From an uncultured virus (IMG/VR IMGVR_UViG_3300047377_000579) (lineage: Duplodnaviria; Heunggongvirae; Uroviricota; Caudoviricetes), in IMG/VR virus record IMGVR_UViG_3300047377_000579: 64,000 nucleotides of DNA; one strand, 5' to 3'. The notes beneath the pieces are model-generated. The model was not told the DNA's origin and ran no database searches. It saw only the letters and a program-made list of their open reading frames with translations. This document shows positions 49,861-59,602 of this stretch, piece by piece (the first letter of the stretch is position 1; each line of letters begins with the position of its first letter). The position numbers and the translations under genes are program-made.

Positions 49861-51237
49861 CTATAGCGTAATTACAGCTTTAATGTCTTCGGTCTGTGTA
49901 AGAGTTCTTTCGACAGGAGCTCTATTTTCAATGTAGATAATGTCATTCTTAAATCTTTCAACATCATCATTACTAAATGCATCTGAGTCGGCGTCAACAC
50001 CTGAGGCTACTAATGTGCCTGTTTGGCCACCACCCGTGATTGTTTCACCTTCATTAAATGGTAAGAAACCAGTAATTTCAGTTTGATGTGCATAAAGTCT
50101 ATCACTATCTATATCATCAATAATTGCCTTTGCACCCGATGTTGCGCCGGTAATTACAACGTCTCTTACAAATGCTTCAGTGTCAGCAACTGAGGTAAGC
50201 GAAATATATCTTAATAACCTTCCAGTTGAATTTGTATAATCAGAATCTGCATACCTACGAGGACGCTTCATTAAAGCAACCTGCCTGAAATCTTGATTAG
50301 CAACAATAAAGTCACCGTTTTCAATACCAGATGGCTTTACGTTAAACATTAAAGATGACGAGCGAAGATCAGAAATTGCATTACCACCTATACCTGAGTC
50401 AGTAGAAAGAATTGCTCTAGCGGTTGCTCCCGCGCCACCACCACCTGTCATAGTAATACTAGCAAAGTCATAACCAAATCCCATTGTCATTGCACTATCA
50501 GCACTTGAATCAAGCTCAATGTTAATTACTTTACCAGCTGATACTGTTGCAGTGGCTGCAGCATTTTTACCGTTTCCTACAATAGTAACAGTAGGTGCAG
50601 ATGTATAGCCATTACCTTGGTCAGTAATAGAGATACCTAAAACTTGTCCACCAGTTGCAGCTTCTTGAATTAATGCTTGCTCTCGTTCTCCTACAATAAT
50701 ACCGGGTGTACCTGAAGAATCATAAATTTTAGCAACTGGCATAAAGTTCGCAGATAGAAACTTAGCACTAGATGCACCAGAAATTGAGTACATAAATTTC
50801 CAAATGTAACCGTCAGCCATTTTAACTGGGTTAGTGCCTGTACCGCTCGGCTTTTCAGTAGATTGTACTGCTGCACCTAAAGCTGTTTTACCCTGCTTTA
50901 AGCAAATGTAAACTTGATTATCTTCTGTAATTACGTAGTATGAATTAGAAGGAATTGCTGATAAGTTATCATCCCATGATGAGTAAACTGTGCCACTTAA
51001 CCAATTATATCTAGGGATAACAAATGATACATCAGTTACTTGCTTAATTGATTGTGCAGATAACTTAAAGTTACGAATTTCTCTTAGGCTATTAAGAGGT
51101 GCAGGTACAGTTTCAGCACTATCCCATGCCTCTGATCTACCAATCGCTACATAATACCGATTTGTTGAATTTACAACTTCATCATACAGTGTATTAAGTA
51201 ATTGAAATTTAAGTTTGTTTGTTACAGTAGCAGCCAT
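49861..51237 (-). CDS. gp8: Baseplate wedge subunit
   Basis: PRYNW.SGT.Y, YVIT...VYICL, DGYIWKFMY, YIENR.P..R...QTEDIK motifs. Confidence 0.9.
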   Translation of the reverse strand: MAATVTNKLKFQLLNTLYDEVVNSTNRYYVAIGRSEAWDSAETVPAPLNSLREIRNFKLSAQSIKQVTDVSFVIPRYNWLSGTVYSSWDDNLSAIPSNSYYVITEDNQVYICLKQGKTALGAAVQSTEKPSGTGTNPVKMADGYIWKFMYSISGASSAKFLSANFMPVAKIYDSSGTPGIIVGEREQALIQEAATGGQVLGISITDQGNGYTSAPTVTIVGNGKNAAATATVSAGKVINIELDSSADSAMTMGFGYDFASITMTGGGGAGATARAILSTDSGIGGNAISDLRSSSLMFNVKPSGIENGDFIVANQDFRQVALMKRPRRYADSDYTNSTGRLLRYISLTSVADTEAFVRDVVITGATSGAKAIIDDIDSDRLYAHQTEITGFLPFNEGETITGGGQTGTLVASGVDADSDAFSNDDVERFKNDIIYIENRAPVERTLTQTEDIKAVITL

Positions 51238-51249
51238 TTCTATTTCCTA

Positions 51250-52251
51250 TTATGTAATTGCAAGATAGCCGTGAGCCGCGCTAGCACCACCTACCATATA
51301 CCAGTTTGTACCATCCCAAATACATTGAGCCGATCCATATTGTGTGACCGTAAATGATGTACCTTGAGCAAAATTAGTTGGAATTACTGTTGCAGTTCCA
51401 GTATTTTTATTTGTAAAGATTTTAATTTCACCAATTATTGTACCGTCTGCAAGAGTAGCAGAAAGAGCTGTTGCTCTATTAAATTGTATATATGTCTTTG
51501 TTTGATCAGCAGTACCATTGTTTGTCATGACAGCAGTATCATATGCTAGCTTTGTAGTAAAGACCGCACCTGTACCTTTTGAAGATACACTCATACTAAT
51601 ATTAGGATCTGCACCTTCTACACTTAACTTAGGATTATTACTATATCCCGCGTTTTCAATAGCTAAGTTATTAACTGCCGATGTGCCTGGTGTAGTCGTT
51701 AAGAGTATGGCGCCATTAGTATCTTTAATATGAGTTGCAACTGTAGGAGTAGTTATTGTTGGTGAAGTTAATGTTTTATTTGTCAATGTTTGTGTTTGCG
51801 CATTAAATGTAATCGTGTCATTTGTAGACAGTGCTGGAAGTGTGACTGTACGATTACCACTTAGTGCTGATGCAGTAACATTATAGTTATAGCTTGAAGT
51901 TGCGTCTTCAATTGTAGGGTTTGTCATAGTTGGGGTAGTAATTGTTTTATTAGTCAGCGTTTGAGTAGCAGTATCAACTACGATATTACCAGACGCATTA
52001 GGTAATACCTGCGTATGATCAGCCGATAATGTTGCAGCACTCAATGTAAGCTGATTTGCATCAACAACCGTACCTTCAAAAATAATACCGTTACTATCAA
52101 AGGCAATACCTGGAGCTAGGATATTACTATCACCTCCAAAGGCTTTGTACAGCTCTACAAAATTAGCGTTAATTTTAGTCGCGCCGCTTCGTAAGGTATC
52201 ACCTGTACCATCATTTGCAGTAGTGCCTGTCGATAAATTTTGTCTAGTCAT
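51250..52251 (-). CDS. Baseplate wedge / fibre connector with gp9/gp10-type N-terminus
   Basis: ANDGTGDTLR.G..KIN.NF.ELY; QTLTNKT repeats. Confidence 0.8.
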   Translation of the reverse strand: MTRQNLSTGTTANDGTGDTLRSGATKINANFVELYKAFGGDSNILAPGIAFDSNGIIFEGTVVDANQLTLSAATLSADHTQVLPNASGNIVVDTATQTLTNKTITTPTMTNPTIEDATSSYNYNVTASALSGNRTVTLPALSTNDTITFNAQTQTLTNKTLTSPTITTPTVATHIKDTNGAILLTTTPGTSAVNNLAIENAGYSNNPKLSVEGADPNISMSVSSKGTGAVFTTKLAYDTAVMTNNGTADQTKTYIQFNRATALSATLADGTIIGEIKIFTNKNTGTATVIPTNFAQGTSFTVTQYGSAQCIWDGTNWYMVGGASAAHGYLAIT

Positions 52252-52280
52252 TATTTAGTCCTATATAAACTTCTTGTTTC

Positions 52281-52288
52281 TATTTATA
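52281..52288 (-). promoter_or_regulatory. T4-type late promoter
   Basis: Exact TATAAATA, intergenic. Confidence 0.8.
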
Positions 52289-53218
52289 CTAGAATGATGA
52301 ATCACTAAGGTATCTAGTGAACATATCATTGTCCATTGTCTCAATAACATTATCGAGAGAAGGTCTAATCGTATCACTATCATCAAACGTAAACGAGTTA
52401 GGTGTAATAAGTTGAGCAATTGATTCGTATTGTGCATCAAGCTGAGCTGCTGTTGCTGTGCTATACGCTGAAATTAGTGTAGTTAAATCGTAGCGATATG
52501 TTCTATTATCAGAATCAACCAGCCCAGTTGTTGATACAAAGATTTCCGGAGCAACGGTAGCCTCTGATTGAATCAGCCCAATAAACGATCCAGCTTCAGA
52601 CGTAATTTGTATACTATTTAATTTTGCTTCATCTTCAGTAGTTACCTCACCTTCGAAATAAAATCCAGCCGGATGTACAAACTTTTTATATAAGCTTTCG
52701 TATTGAGATGTACCTAACCCAACTTTAACCAAAATTGAAAATATTTGATATTTTTTATTATTTGTAATATATTTTTCAGAATCATAACCAATCTTAGATT
52801 CACCTACCTGGAAAATATCTTTCTTAGGATATTCTACTTCTGCAGTTTTTTGATAAAAAGCCTGAAAGAATTCTTCAAGTGAAAAGCGAGAACCTTTATT
52901 TCGATAGCTATCAGCAAATCTGCGCATTGTAAAGCGCGGATCTTTAAATAATCCTCCACCTTGCAACGATGTCGTTTCATTAATAAGTAAATTTAGATAT
53001 TCTTCAGGAGTTTCTCCAATATCTCTAATAGAGTTTAATTGTCTAATTTCTGTATCGAATGCATGAGCGCCGTCTGAATCAAGAAAATCATAATAGTATT
53101 CTAACACTTTAATAAAGTCTGGGTATTCTGATACAAAATATTCAGGCAGAACTTCTTTTACACTTCTTTTTCTGAAGTTTATAGTTCTACGGCCTAGATC
53201 TTTAAGTTTATGTGACAT
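52289..53218 (-). CDS. gp7: Baseplate wedge subunit, short gp7-like
   Basis: LPEYF..EYP.F...LEYYY, Y..KGS, YQ.FS...K..VHPAGF motifs; follows gp6. Confidence 0.75.
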   Translation of the reverse strand: MSHKLKDLGRRTINFRKRSVKEVLPEYFVSEYPDFIKVLEYYYDFLDSDGAHAFDTEIRQLNSIRDIGETPEEYLNLLINETTSLQGGGLFKDPRFTMRRFADSYRNKGSRFSLEEFFQAFYQKTAEVEYPKKDIFQVGESKIGYDSEKYITNNKKYQIFSILVKVGLGTSQYESLYKKFVHPAGFYFEGEVTTEDEAKLNSIQITSEAGSFIGLIQSEATVAPEIFVSTTGLVDSDNRTYRYDLTTLISAYSTATAAQLDAQYESIAQLITPNSFTFDDSDTIRPSLDNVIETMDNDMFTRYLSDSSF

Positions 53219-53221
53219 ATC

Positions 53222-55054
53222 TTATAATGACGTTTGAGTGTTCTGATAATCTATTTGAGCAATTGCACTAGATAGTTGAGTATCAATCTTAAGAACATAG
53301 TTACGAAGAGGTCTGACTGTACTTTGATTTCCAGGTGTAACTGAAATTTTAATACTTGTACCGCCTTCTATAGAAATAGGATTAAATCCTTCTAATCTAA
53401 CAATACCAAATCCTGGAAAATATGTACCAATATTATCTACTTCAACTTGACCGTCGGCGTTAATAATTTGTAGTTTATTAGAGCCTAACTTATTACGGAT
53501 AAAACAAGGCCTAGAATTAAAAGTAAATCTACTCGTTGATACTCTTACTAATTCATCATCTGGAGTCGCAATGGCAGCAGGAAAAGTTGTAGTATATGTA
53601 AGAGGTTGGCCAACGACAGGAGTAAAACGCTGCTGCATTTTAACATTAATTTTTGTATTTAAAATTGACTCATCAAGTACATCAATAAGAGATAAAAGAT
53701 TAGACCTTCTAAATACTTTATCAAATAAGTTTAAATTGTCTTCAAAATAATTTTGTACTGTAGCAAACACGGCATTTTCTGTAGCTTTCGGAGACGCTGT
53801 AGTAAGATCCGGATCGAAGTTGAAAATTGTTTCCACTTCAAGGAATGTTTCGACTACATCTACATATTCAGTACTAATTGACATAACAGAAAGATTGTCA
53901 GTTAACGTAGTGATTATGTCGCTTTTTGTTGCTTCTTGCACTATTGTTGATGTACCATCTTTAAATTTAAGACTAACGTATACTTTACCATATTCAGGTG
54001 GGCTATTGTCTTCTCCGCCCCATGAAACAACATCATCAACTACATGATTATATTTTGCTAAAATTTGTGCAGTATAATCTTGTGCAGTAACTAATCTTTG
54101 TTGTGACAAAAATAGAAGTGGAGCATTTGCTCTTATTGATTCTATTTCTTCTCTTTGAGAACCAGAAGCTGATCCGGCTTCTGTTACTACAGTAAGTGGA
54201 TAATCTATTCCATCAATAACAACATTGGCAGAAGGTGAAAAGACTGTAGCAGTATTTGCTGTTTCACCGGATGATGACAAATACGTAACTACAATTTTAT
54301 TACCGGCTTCTGGAGCTTTACCAATAGTGTGTCCATCACTAAATATAATTTCATAGTATCCGTTAGGCACTTCTTTAATTTGGTAATGTCTCGATGTTTC
54401 ATCAATGCGAATAGCTGTATTTACATTCGTATATACTTCAAATCCAGAACTTGAAGAGGTTTCAAATACCTGTACATCAAGCGTTTGAGTATCCATTGTT
54501 AAATCTGGAATCACATAAACTTGTTGTTCTGTTTTTTCACCCACAAAAAATGTTTTAGTTCTTTTTTCACCTTCATGTACAGGAATAGAATTGTCACCAG
54601 TGCTTGTAAGAAATTCATATACTCCACTGCCATTATCAATTCCAGTATATGCTTCTAGCGTACTAAATGTATATGAAACACCACCTGCATCAGCAGAAAA
54701 AGAGGTACCTTTAGGAAGTGTAATAGTCGTCGGCCTAACTGCGGCAGATACTAAAAGAGAAAGATTAAGAAATGCTCTTGAAGAAACCATAGAAAGAGGC
54801 ACATAGCCTAACATTTCTGCATGAGATACTACAGAAGATCTTAGCTGTGCAGTATTAAGAAACGATTCGTTAAGAGCAAAGTTAGCTGTTAGACCATTTA
54901 CATGTGTATTATACGCCAATACATCTAACAAATTAGAAAGACCGGCCGCCTCAAAATCATAGTCAGCAAATTCTGTTTTAGATTTCAGATAATCTTTTAA
55001 TCGAGTTTTAATCGTGTTAAAATCAAGATCAGCTGATTTAATTGTAGTGGCCAT
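53222..55054 (-). CDS. gp6: Baseplate wedge subunit
   Basis: LDFNTIK, DYDFE, LLDVLAYNTH, R.VT..DY, WGGEDN.PP.YGKV motifs. Confidence 0.96.
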   Translation of the reverse strand: MATTIKSADLDFNTIKTRLKDYLKSKTEFADYDFEAAGLSNLLDVLAYNTHVNGLTANFALNESFLNTAQLRSSVVSHAEMLGYVPLSMVSSRAFLNLSLLVSAAVRPTTITLPKGTSFSADAGGVSYTFSTLEAYTGIDNGSGVYEFLTSTGDNSIPVHEGEKRTKTFFVGEKTEQQVYVIPDLTMDTQTLDVQVFETSSSSGFEVYTNVNTAIRIDETSRHYQIKEVPNGYYEIIFSDGHTIGKAPEAGNKIVVTYLSSSGETANTATVFSPSANVVIDGIDYPLTVVTEAGSASGSQREEIESIRANAPLLFLSQQRLVTAQDYTAQILAKYNHVVDDVVSWGGEDNSPPEYGKVYVSLKFKDGTSTIVQEATKSDIITTLTDNLSVMSISTEYVDVVETFLEVETIFNFDPDLTTASPKATENAVFATVQNYFEDNLNLFDKVFRRSNLLSLIDVLDESILNTKINVKMQQRFTPVVGQPLTYTTTFPAAIATPDDELVRVSTSRFTFNSRPCFIRNKLGSNKLQIINADGQVEVDNIGTYFPGFGIVRLEGFNPISIEGGTSIKISVTPGNQSTVRPLRNYVLKIDTQLSSAIAQIDYQNTQTSL

Positions 55055-55498
55055 TTATCTTAACCTCGTTAAATTTAATTCAATTGTATCTTCTTCATTA
55101 GTACTTAAAATTCTAAATGTTACGGACGCATTAACAGTGTTGTAGTTTCCACTAACTTGCAAATCCACATTTACAATCTTTGCGCGCGGCTCAAACATAT
55201 CCACCCTTTGTATAATTTGATCTTCAAGTAAATCTAAATCAAATTCGGTATCTAAATTAAATAGAAAATTATTTAGATTACCTCCAAAGTTAGGTGCGAA
55301 CGGCTTTTCAGTACTATTAGTTAATAAAATATTTTTTACCGACTGCTTAACTGCTGCAGCATCTATTTTTTTATACACATCATTGTCAGGTTTTTTTGCA
55401 AAAGACAGATCTAGATCTTTATAGACGCGTTTGCGCGCTACAACTAACGTTGAAGAGTTGATATTTCCATCTTCGATTGCAAATGAACGTACTGGCAT
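55055..55498 (-). CDS. gp25: Baseplate wedge subunit
   Basis: YKDLDLSF, AVKQSVKNI, EKPF.P.FG, FEPR motifs. Confidence 0.93.
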   Translation of the reverse strand: MPVRSFAIEDGNINSSTLVVARKRVYKDLDLSFAKKPDNDVYKKIDAAAVKQSVKNILLTNSTEKPFAPNFGGNLNNFLFNLDTEFDLDLLEDQIIQRVDMFEPRAKIVNVDLQVSGNYNTVNASVTFRILSTNEEDTIELNLTRLR

Positions 55499-55512
55499 AA
55501 CTTATCTATTTA

Positions 55513-56136
55513 TTAGTAAACTTTTACGTTTTCTTCAGTTTCATCGTTTTTAATTTCAATCAATTCATTTGTACTTTGTACAAAATTATTGAAGCGCGTT
55601 TCTATTTTATTTTTATATTGTAATTCCCAGTTAGCAGAAATTTCAGGCATAATTAAAATAACTTGGCCATTTACTGATCCATCTGGGTTATATGTGTCAT
55701 AATCTAAAATAAGCTTTTCAAATTGTAAATTATCTTTCCAAAACACTGCAAGGTCAAATACTTTTTCTAAATTTGTTTGACCACTAAAATCAAGTAATTC
55801 ATATACTACTGCTTGACCTAAAGTCATTTTATAATTAATGCTATTAATGTCAAGCACTTCATCCGGCGCTTTACGATATAAACCTTCAGCTACAATTAAT
55901 CTAAAATCGGCAAACTCACCTTGGTGAGTATCGATCGTGCGCATCGCTTGTGCATGCATATACAAATGCTTTGCAATGTTTAGCTTTTCTGCTTCAGTTT
56001 CAATATGAGCTAATGTAACTTGATCGCCATAGCCGCCAAGAAATTTAGCTATAGTTATACCTGGTGCTAACTTAACCCGTGAAGTAATTTTTGGTTGATA
56101 CTCTGGATTGTATGATTGATCTGGTAAATATATCAT
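55513..56136 (-). CDS. Baseplate hub-associated protein, degenerate peptidase M15A-like fold
   Basis: KLAPGITI, VAEGLYR, GQAV, KDNLQFEKLILDY align by eye to phage M15A proteins; Zn ligands not seen. Confidence 0.5.
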   Translation of the reverse strand: MIYLPDQSYNPEYQPKITSRVKLAPGITIAKFLGGYGDQVTLAHIETEAEKLNIAKHLYMHAQAMRTIDTHQGEFADFRLIVAEGLYRKAPDEVLDINSINYKMTLGQAVVYELLDFSGQTNLEKVFDLAVFWKDNLQFEKLILDYDTYNPDGSVNGQVILIMPEISANWELQYKNKIETRFNNFVQSTNELIEIKNDETEENVKVY

Positions 56137-57560
56137 GTTAAGAACCTTGCAATTTGTCCGTCAGATTGACCTATACGATTTTTACCACGTCTAGGTTGTG
56201 TTTCTAAAGTTGCAGTTCTACCAATTTTAGGAGGTATTTGATTAATATATGTAGGAGATAGCTTACCTTCTGCGATTTGTGCTCCTACAAACTTCGTATT
56301 TGATGAAGTGTTTGTATCTCTCATCTTAGATCGTATTTCAGCGGTCGACAACTTACGATCAGAAACTCCACCATAATCATCATTTTTATTTAATTGTTTC
56401 TTCATAACGTCACCAGTATCGATAGTTACAATTCGTGCACCCTTACTCGACTTTGTTATATAATCTGTCATAATTACGGGCGTAGGTAATACTGTTGCCT
56501 TAGGATCTACTGCTGCAGCTGTTTCGGTTACAGTCGACATAGAACCGCCGCCCGGTCCGGGAGCGGCAGATCGATCAGCATCACCAGCTCGAGCTGCTTT
56601 ACCAGTTAAGTCACCATGGAATGTAGTAGCATGCATCGATGTAGAGTTAACTCGATCAGAATAGGTAGTAGCAGTAGTAATAGTATCACCAGCTTCAATT
56701 GAGTGGCCAGTATAGTGATTATAATCATATCCAATAATATTCTCGCCTCCAATTGTACCACTATCACCTACAACTGTTAAAGAGTTAGCGCCAATATTGA
56801 TATTAGGAGAAGACATTATAATTTCTTTTTCAGCGGTCATTGTTAGCGTACCACTATTAAGAAACTCTACAGATCCTTCTGTATAATTTCTTACGTTACC
56901 CTTAACAATAGTATTATGATCTCCTAACCGCGTCTCTGTGGTGACACCTAGGATATACTCAGATCTATTCTGATGCACATTTGATTCTTTATCTCGATGG
57001 ACTCTTTGCTTTACAGAACCAATTACTTCTTCAGTGTTATCACCACCAACACGGACATTATAATCTCCTCCGACTTTTAGGTCAAAGTCACCAGTAACAT
57101 CCATTGTTAAATTGCCATTATACGATAAGTGTGCATCGCCTTCTACAATTACTTTATCATCACCGACCGTTACTCTTACTGAATTATTTGTTGATGAAAT
57201 TACACATGAACCATCTGCTCTAAACTCTACACCTGATCCAGTCTTATGCTTAAACAGCATTCGTTCATTACCAGGTGTGTCATCAATTTCTGTGACATGA
57301 CCTGATATAGTTTCTCTTACTTGATTTAAAGGATATTGAGAATTAAGTTGTGGAGGAAGATCTAAATTAAGATTATGATCACCTCCTCCAATATATAAAG
57401 AATTTCGCTTAAGTCCACGTGATGCTAAGTTAGTACTAGCAACGTTAAGATAGTCGCGTTTAGGCATTACACCTGATGCATCATCAAACGCCGATTTTTC
57501 ATCACTCATCGATGAGATCTCAACAGCTGTTAACTGTTTAATTTCAGGAATATCAGCCAT
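56133..57560 (-). CDS. gp5: Baseplate spike, gp5 C-terminal (beta-helix) part
   Basis: YP.N.V.ET.SGH..E.DDTPG.ER...H.TGS and V.GD repeats. Confidence 0.88.
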   Translation of the reverse strand: MADIPEIKQLTAVEISSMSDEKSAFDDASGVMPKRDYLNVASTNLASRGLKRNSLYIGGGDHNLNLDLPPQLNSQYPLNQVRETISGHVTEIDDTPGNERMLFKHKTGSGVEFRADGSCVISSTNNSVRVTVGDDKVIVEGDAHLSYNGNLTMDVTGDFDLKVGGDYNVRVGGDNTEEVIGSVKQRVHRDKESNVHQNRSEYILGVTTETRLGDHNTIVKGNVRNYTEGSVEFLNSGTLTMTAEKEIIMSSPNINIGANSLTVVGDSGTIGGENIIGYDYNHYTGHSIEAGDTITTATTYSDRVNSTSMHATTFHGDLTGKAARAGDADRSAAPGPGGGSMSTVTETAAAVDPKATVLPTPVIMTDYITKSSKGARIVTIDTGDVMKKQLNKNDDYGGVSDRKLSTAEIRSKMRDTNTSSNTKFVGAQIAEGKLSPTYINQIPPKIGRTATLETQPRRGKNRIGQSDGQIARFLT

Positions 57561-59602
57561 TATGTCTTACTCCAAGTGTCATTCTTATGATCATATGTAT
57601 AACCATCATTTATTAAATCTTTTCTAATTTGATTTAACTCATTGCGCTTTGCGTCTAAACGTATTGTATCGTTCTTTACTCTTGCAATAAGTTTTAATCG
57701 ATCAGCGCCAGGAGAATTCTCTAATTCTTCAATCGATGACTTATTATTAACAATATCTCTTTGTAGAGATTTTAGATCGCGATCTAATTTAGAATAGCTT
57801 TTGCTATTTTGCTCAAGTTTAGCATCAGTAGGTTTAGTATCTACATCTGCCACTGATAATTCTGCAGGATCAGGTGGTATGTCAATAGTAGTTGCCGAAG
57901 GCTTTTTCACAGTTTTTGGCTTTACGTTAATCTGCTCTTCTGGCGAATAAGCTTGATGCAACGTTGATGCATCATCATATATAGATGTCTTATCATATTT
58001 ACTTGCGGCATATGCACTTACATCAAATCCAGGCGCAGAAGTAGTTTTATCTATTTCTCTATAGCCTAATACTTCTCCTCCAGGATAAGCCTTATAGAAT
58101 GCCTCTAAGAACTGATCAAATGATTTCCATTGCTCAGATGTAATAGATGCTGACCCGAGTGTTAGCTCTGAATTAGGAGTTCCAAACGGAACTGAGTATC
58201 CCGCAACAAATCCAATATGTATCGTATTAGCCGTAAATCCAACAGTTTCTCCTGATTCTACATCAAGGGGTCGGCCTCTTTGAATAGTACCATCTTTTTT
58301 AATAACATAATGCCAATTGATACCGTTCTTAGCTCCCTGATCAACTAAGATCTTAAGAGCATCTTCGTCAGCACCAAGTGCTTCCCATTGTTCAGCCATA
58401 TGTAGCTTATGTACGTCTCTAGCATTAAGAGGAGTATCACTATGTGTCTTACTCCAGTGCACAATAGCAGTTGTGATATCACGTATACTATTTCTTAATT
58501 CAGCTTCTAGTTCTTCAGTAGTGTGCACGATCTCAAATACATATTCACCAGTAGATAAAGGAGTTGCAACTCCTTTCCAGCCAGATACAGCTGATGAAAC
58601 AACATAGGGTTTGTTTGTAGGTTTAATGTTAGGACTAGCATTATTTGTAGGTTTAGTAGTTGCTGCTATGTTAGTATTACCTGATTTCTCAATGATGTTT
58701 TGAGGAGGTATAACATTTTCTGGAATTATAAGTCCTGGAGGTGTACCAGGCATAACATCACCGAATTTTTTTGCGGCAGGAATTCCTTTAATTGCGCCAA
58801 GTACTGCACCTAATATATTACCAAAACTATTACCTAATGAACCGAAAGGTAAATCACTTCCAACTGGATTACCTAAAGTACGATTTGATTTTTTAATGAT
58901 AGTTTGTGCATCTTTGATTACTTCGGTTGATATATCTTTATTAATAACCGTAGTTACTTTATCCGGTGATGTTGATGTTTGTTGCAACACAAGTTTTGTT
59001 TGATTTTCTGAAACACCGATTACATCAGTTAATGCAGCTTTGATGCCAGCAGGATTTGCTGTTACAATAGTCGTATTAAGTAAACCATCTTCTGTGGTAG
59101 TATTAGTTAAAATTGAAATATTACCTTTTTCGTCTGATGTCTTTTTAACAGTAACATTTGGTACACCGTCAGTAATAATAGAAACAACCGGCTCATCAGT
59201 AACAGTTTGATTTTGTTTAGTGTTTTTCGAAAGTGTAAGAAAACCACCAAGTAACTGATTTACATCAATAGCTTTTGATCCTTGTACCGCAATTCGATTT
59301 GACTGTGCAGTCTTCGATGATGCAGTAATAAGATCAAGTGGATTTGTTTTACCTATATTTAATAGTTTAAAATTAAAATCACCTTTATCTACTGCTTGAG
59401 AATCTTGTTTTTCTTGCTGAGTAAGAAAATCTACTTTAATTTCTGTATACACTTTCTTTAGAGTAATTGTCTTACCAGTTAGTGTATAGTTATTAATATT
59501 GGTAAAGAAATTTTTACCAGCAGATTTTACAGTAACACTATTAATTTCTAGTGGTACTGCTGACAGATGTATAATATTAGTATTTTTTGCTCTTTGTATC
59601 AT
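57560..59602 (-). CDS. Hub-associated protein with amidase_2/PGRP-like domain
   Basis: IVHWS, HYVIKKDGTIQRGRP, I.IGFVAG, YPGGEVLG, PGFDV resemble T7 lysozyme fold. Confidence 0.75.
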   Translation of the reverse strand: MIQRAKNTNIIHLSAVPLEINSVTVKSAGKNFFTNINNYTLTGKTITLKKVYTEIKVDFLTQQEKQDSQAVDKGDFNFKLLNIGKTNPLDLITASSKTAQSNRIAVQGSKAIDVNQLLGGFLTLSKNTKQNQTVTDEPVVSIITDGVPNVTVKKTSDEKGNISILTNTTTEDGLLNTTIVTANPAGIKAALTDVIGVSENQTKLVLQQTSTSPDKVTTVINKDISTEVIKDAQTIIKKSNRTLGNPVGSDLPFGSLGNSFGNILGAVLGAIKGIPAAKKFGDVMPGTPPGLIIPENVIPPQNIIEKSGNTNIAATTKPTNNASPNIKPTNKPYVVSSAVSGWKGVATPLSTGEYVFEIVHTTEELEAELRNSIRDITTAIVHWSKTHSDTPLNARDVHKLHMAEQWEALGADEDALKILVDQGAKNGINWHYVIKKDGTIQRGRPLDVESGETVGFTANTIHIGFVAGYSVPFGTPNSELTLGSASITSEQWKSFDQFLEAFYKAYPGGEVLGYREIDKTTSAPGFDVSAYAASKYDKTSIYDDASTLHQAYSPEEQINVKPKTVKKPSATTIDIPPDPAELSVADVDTKPTDAKLEQNSKSYSKLDRDLKSLQRDIVNNKSSIEELENSPGADRLKLIARVKNDTIRLDAKRNELNQIRKDLINDGYTYDHKNDTWSKT

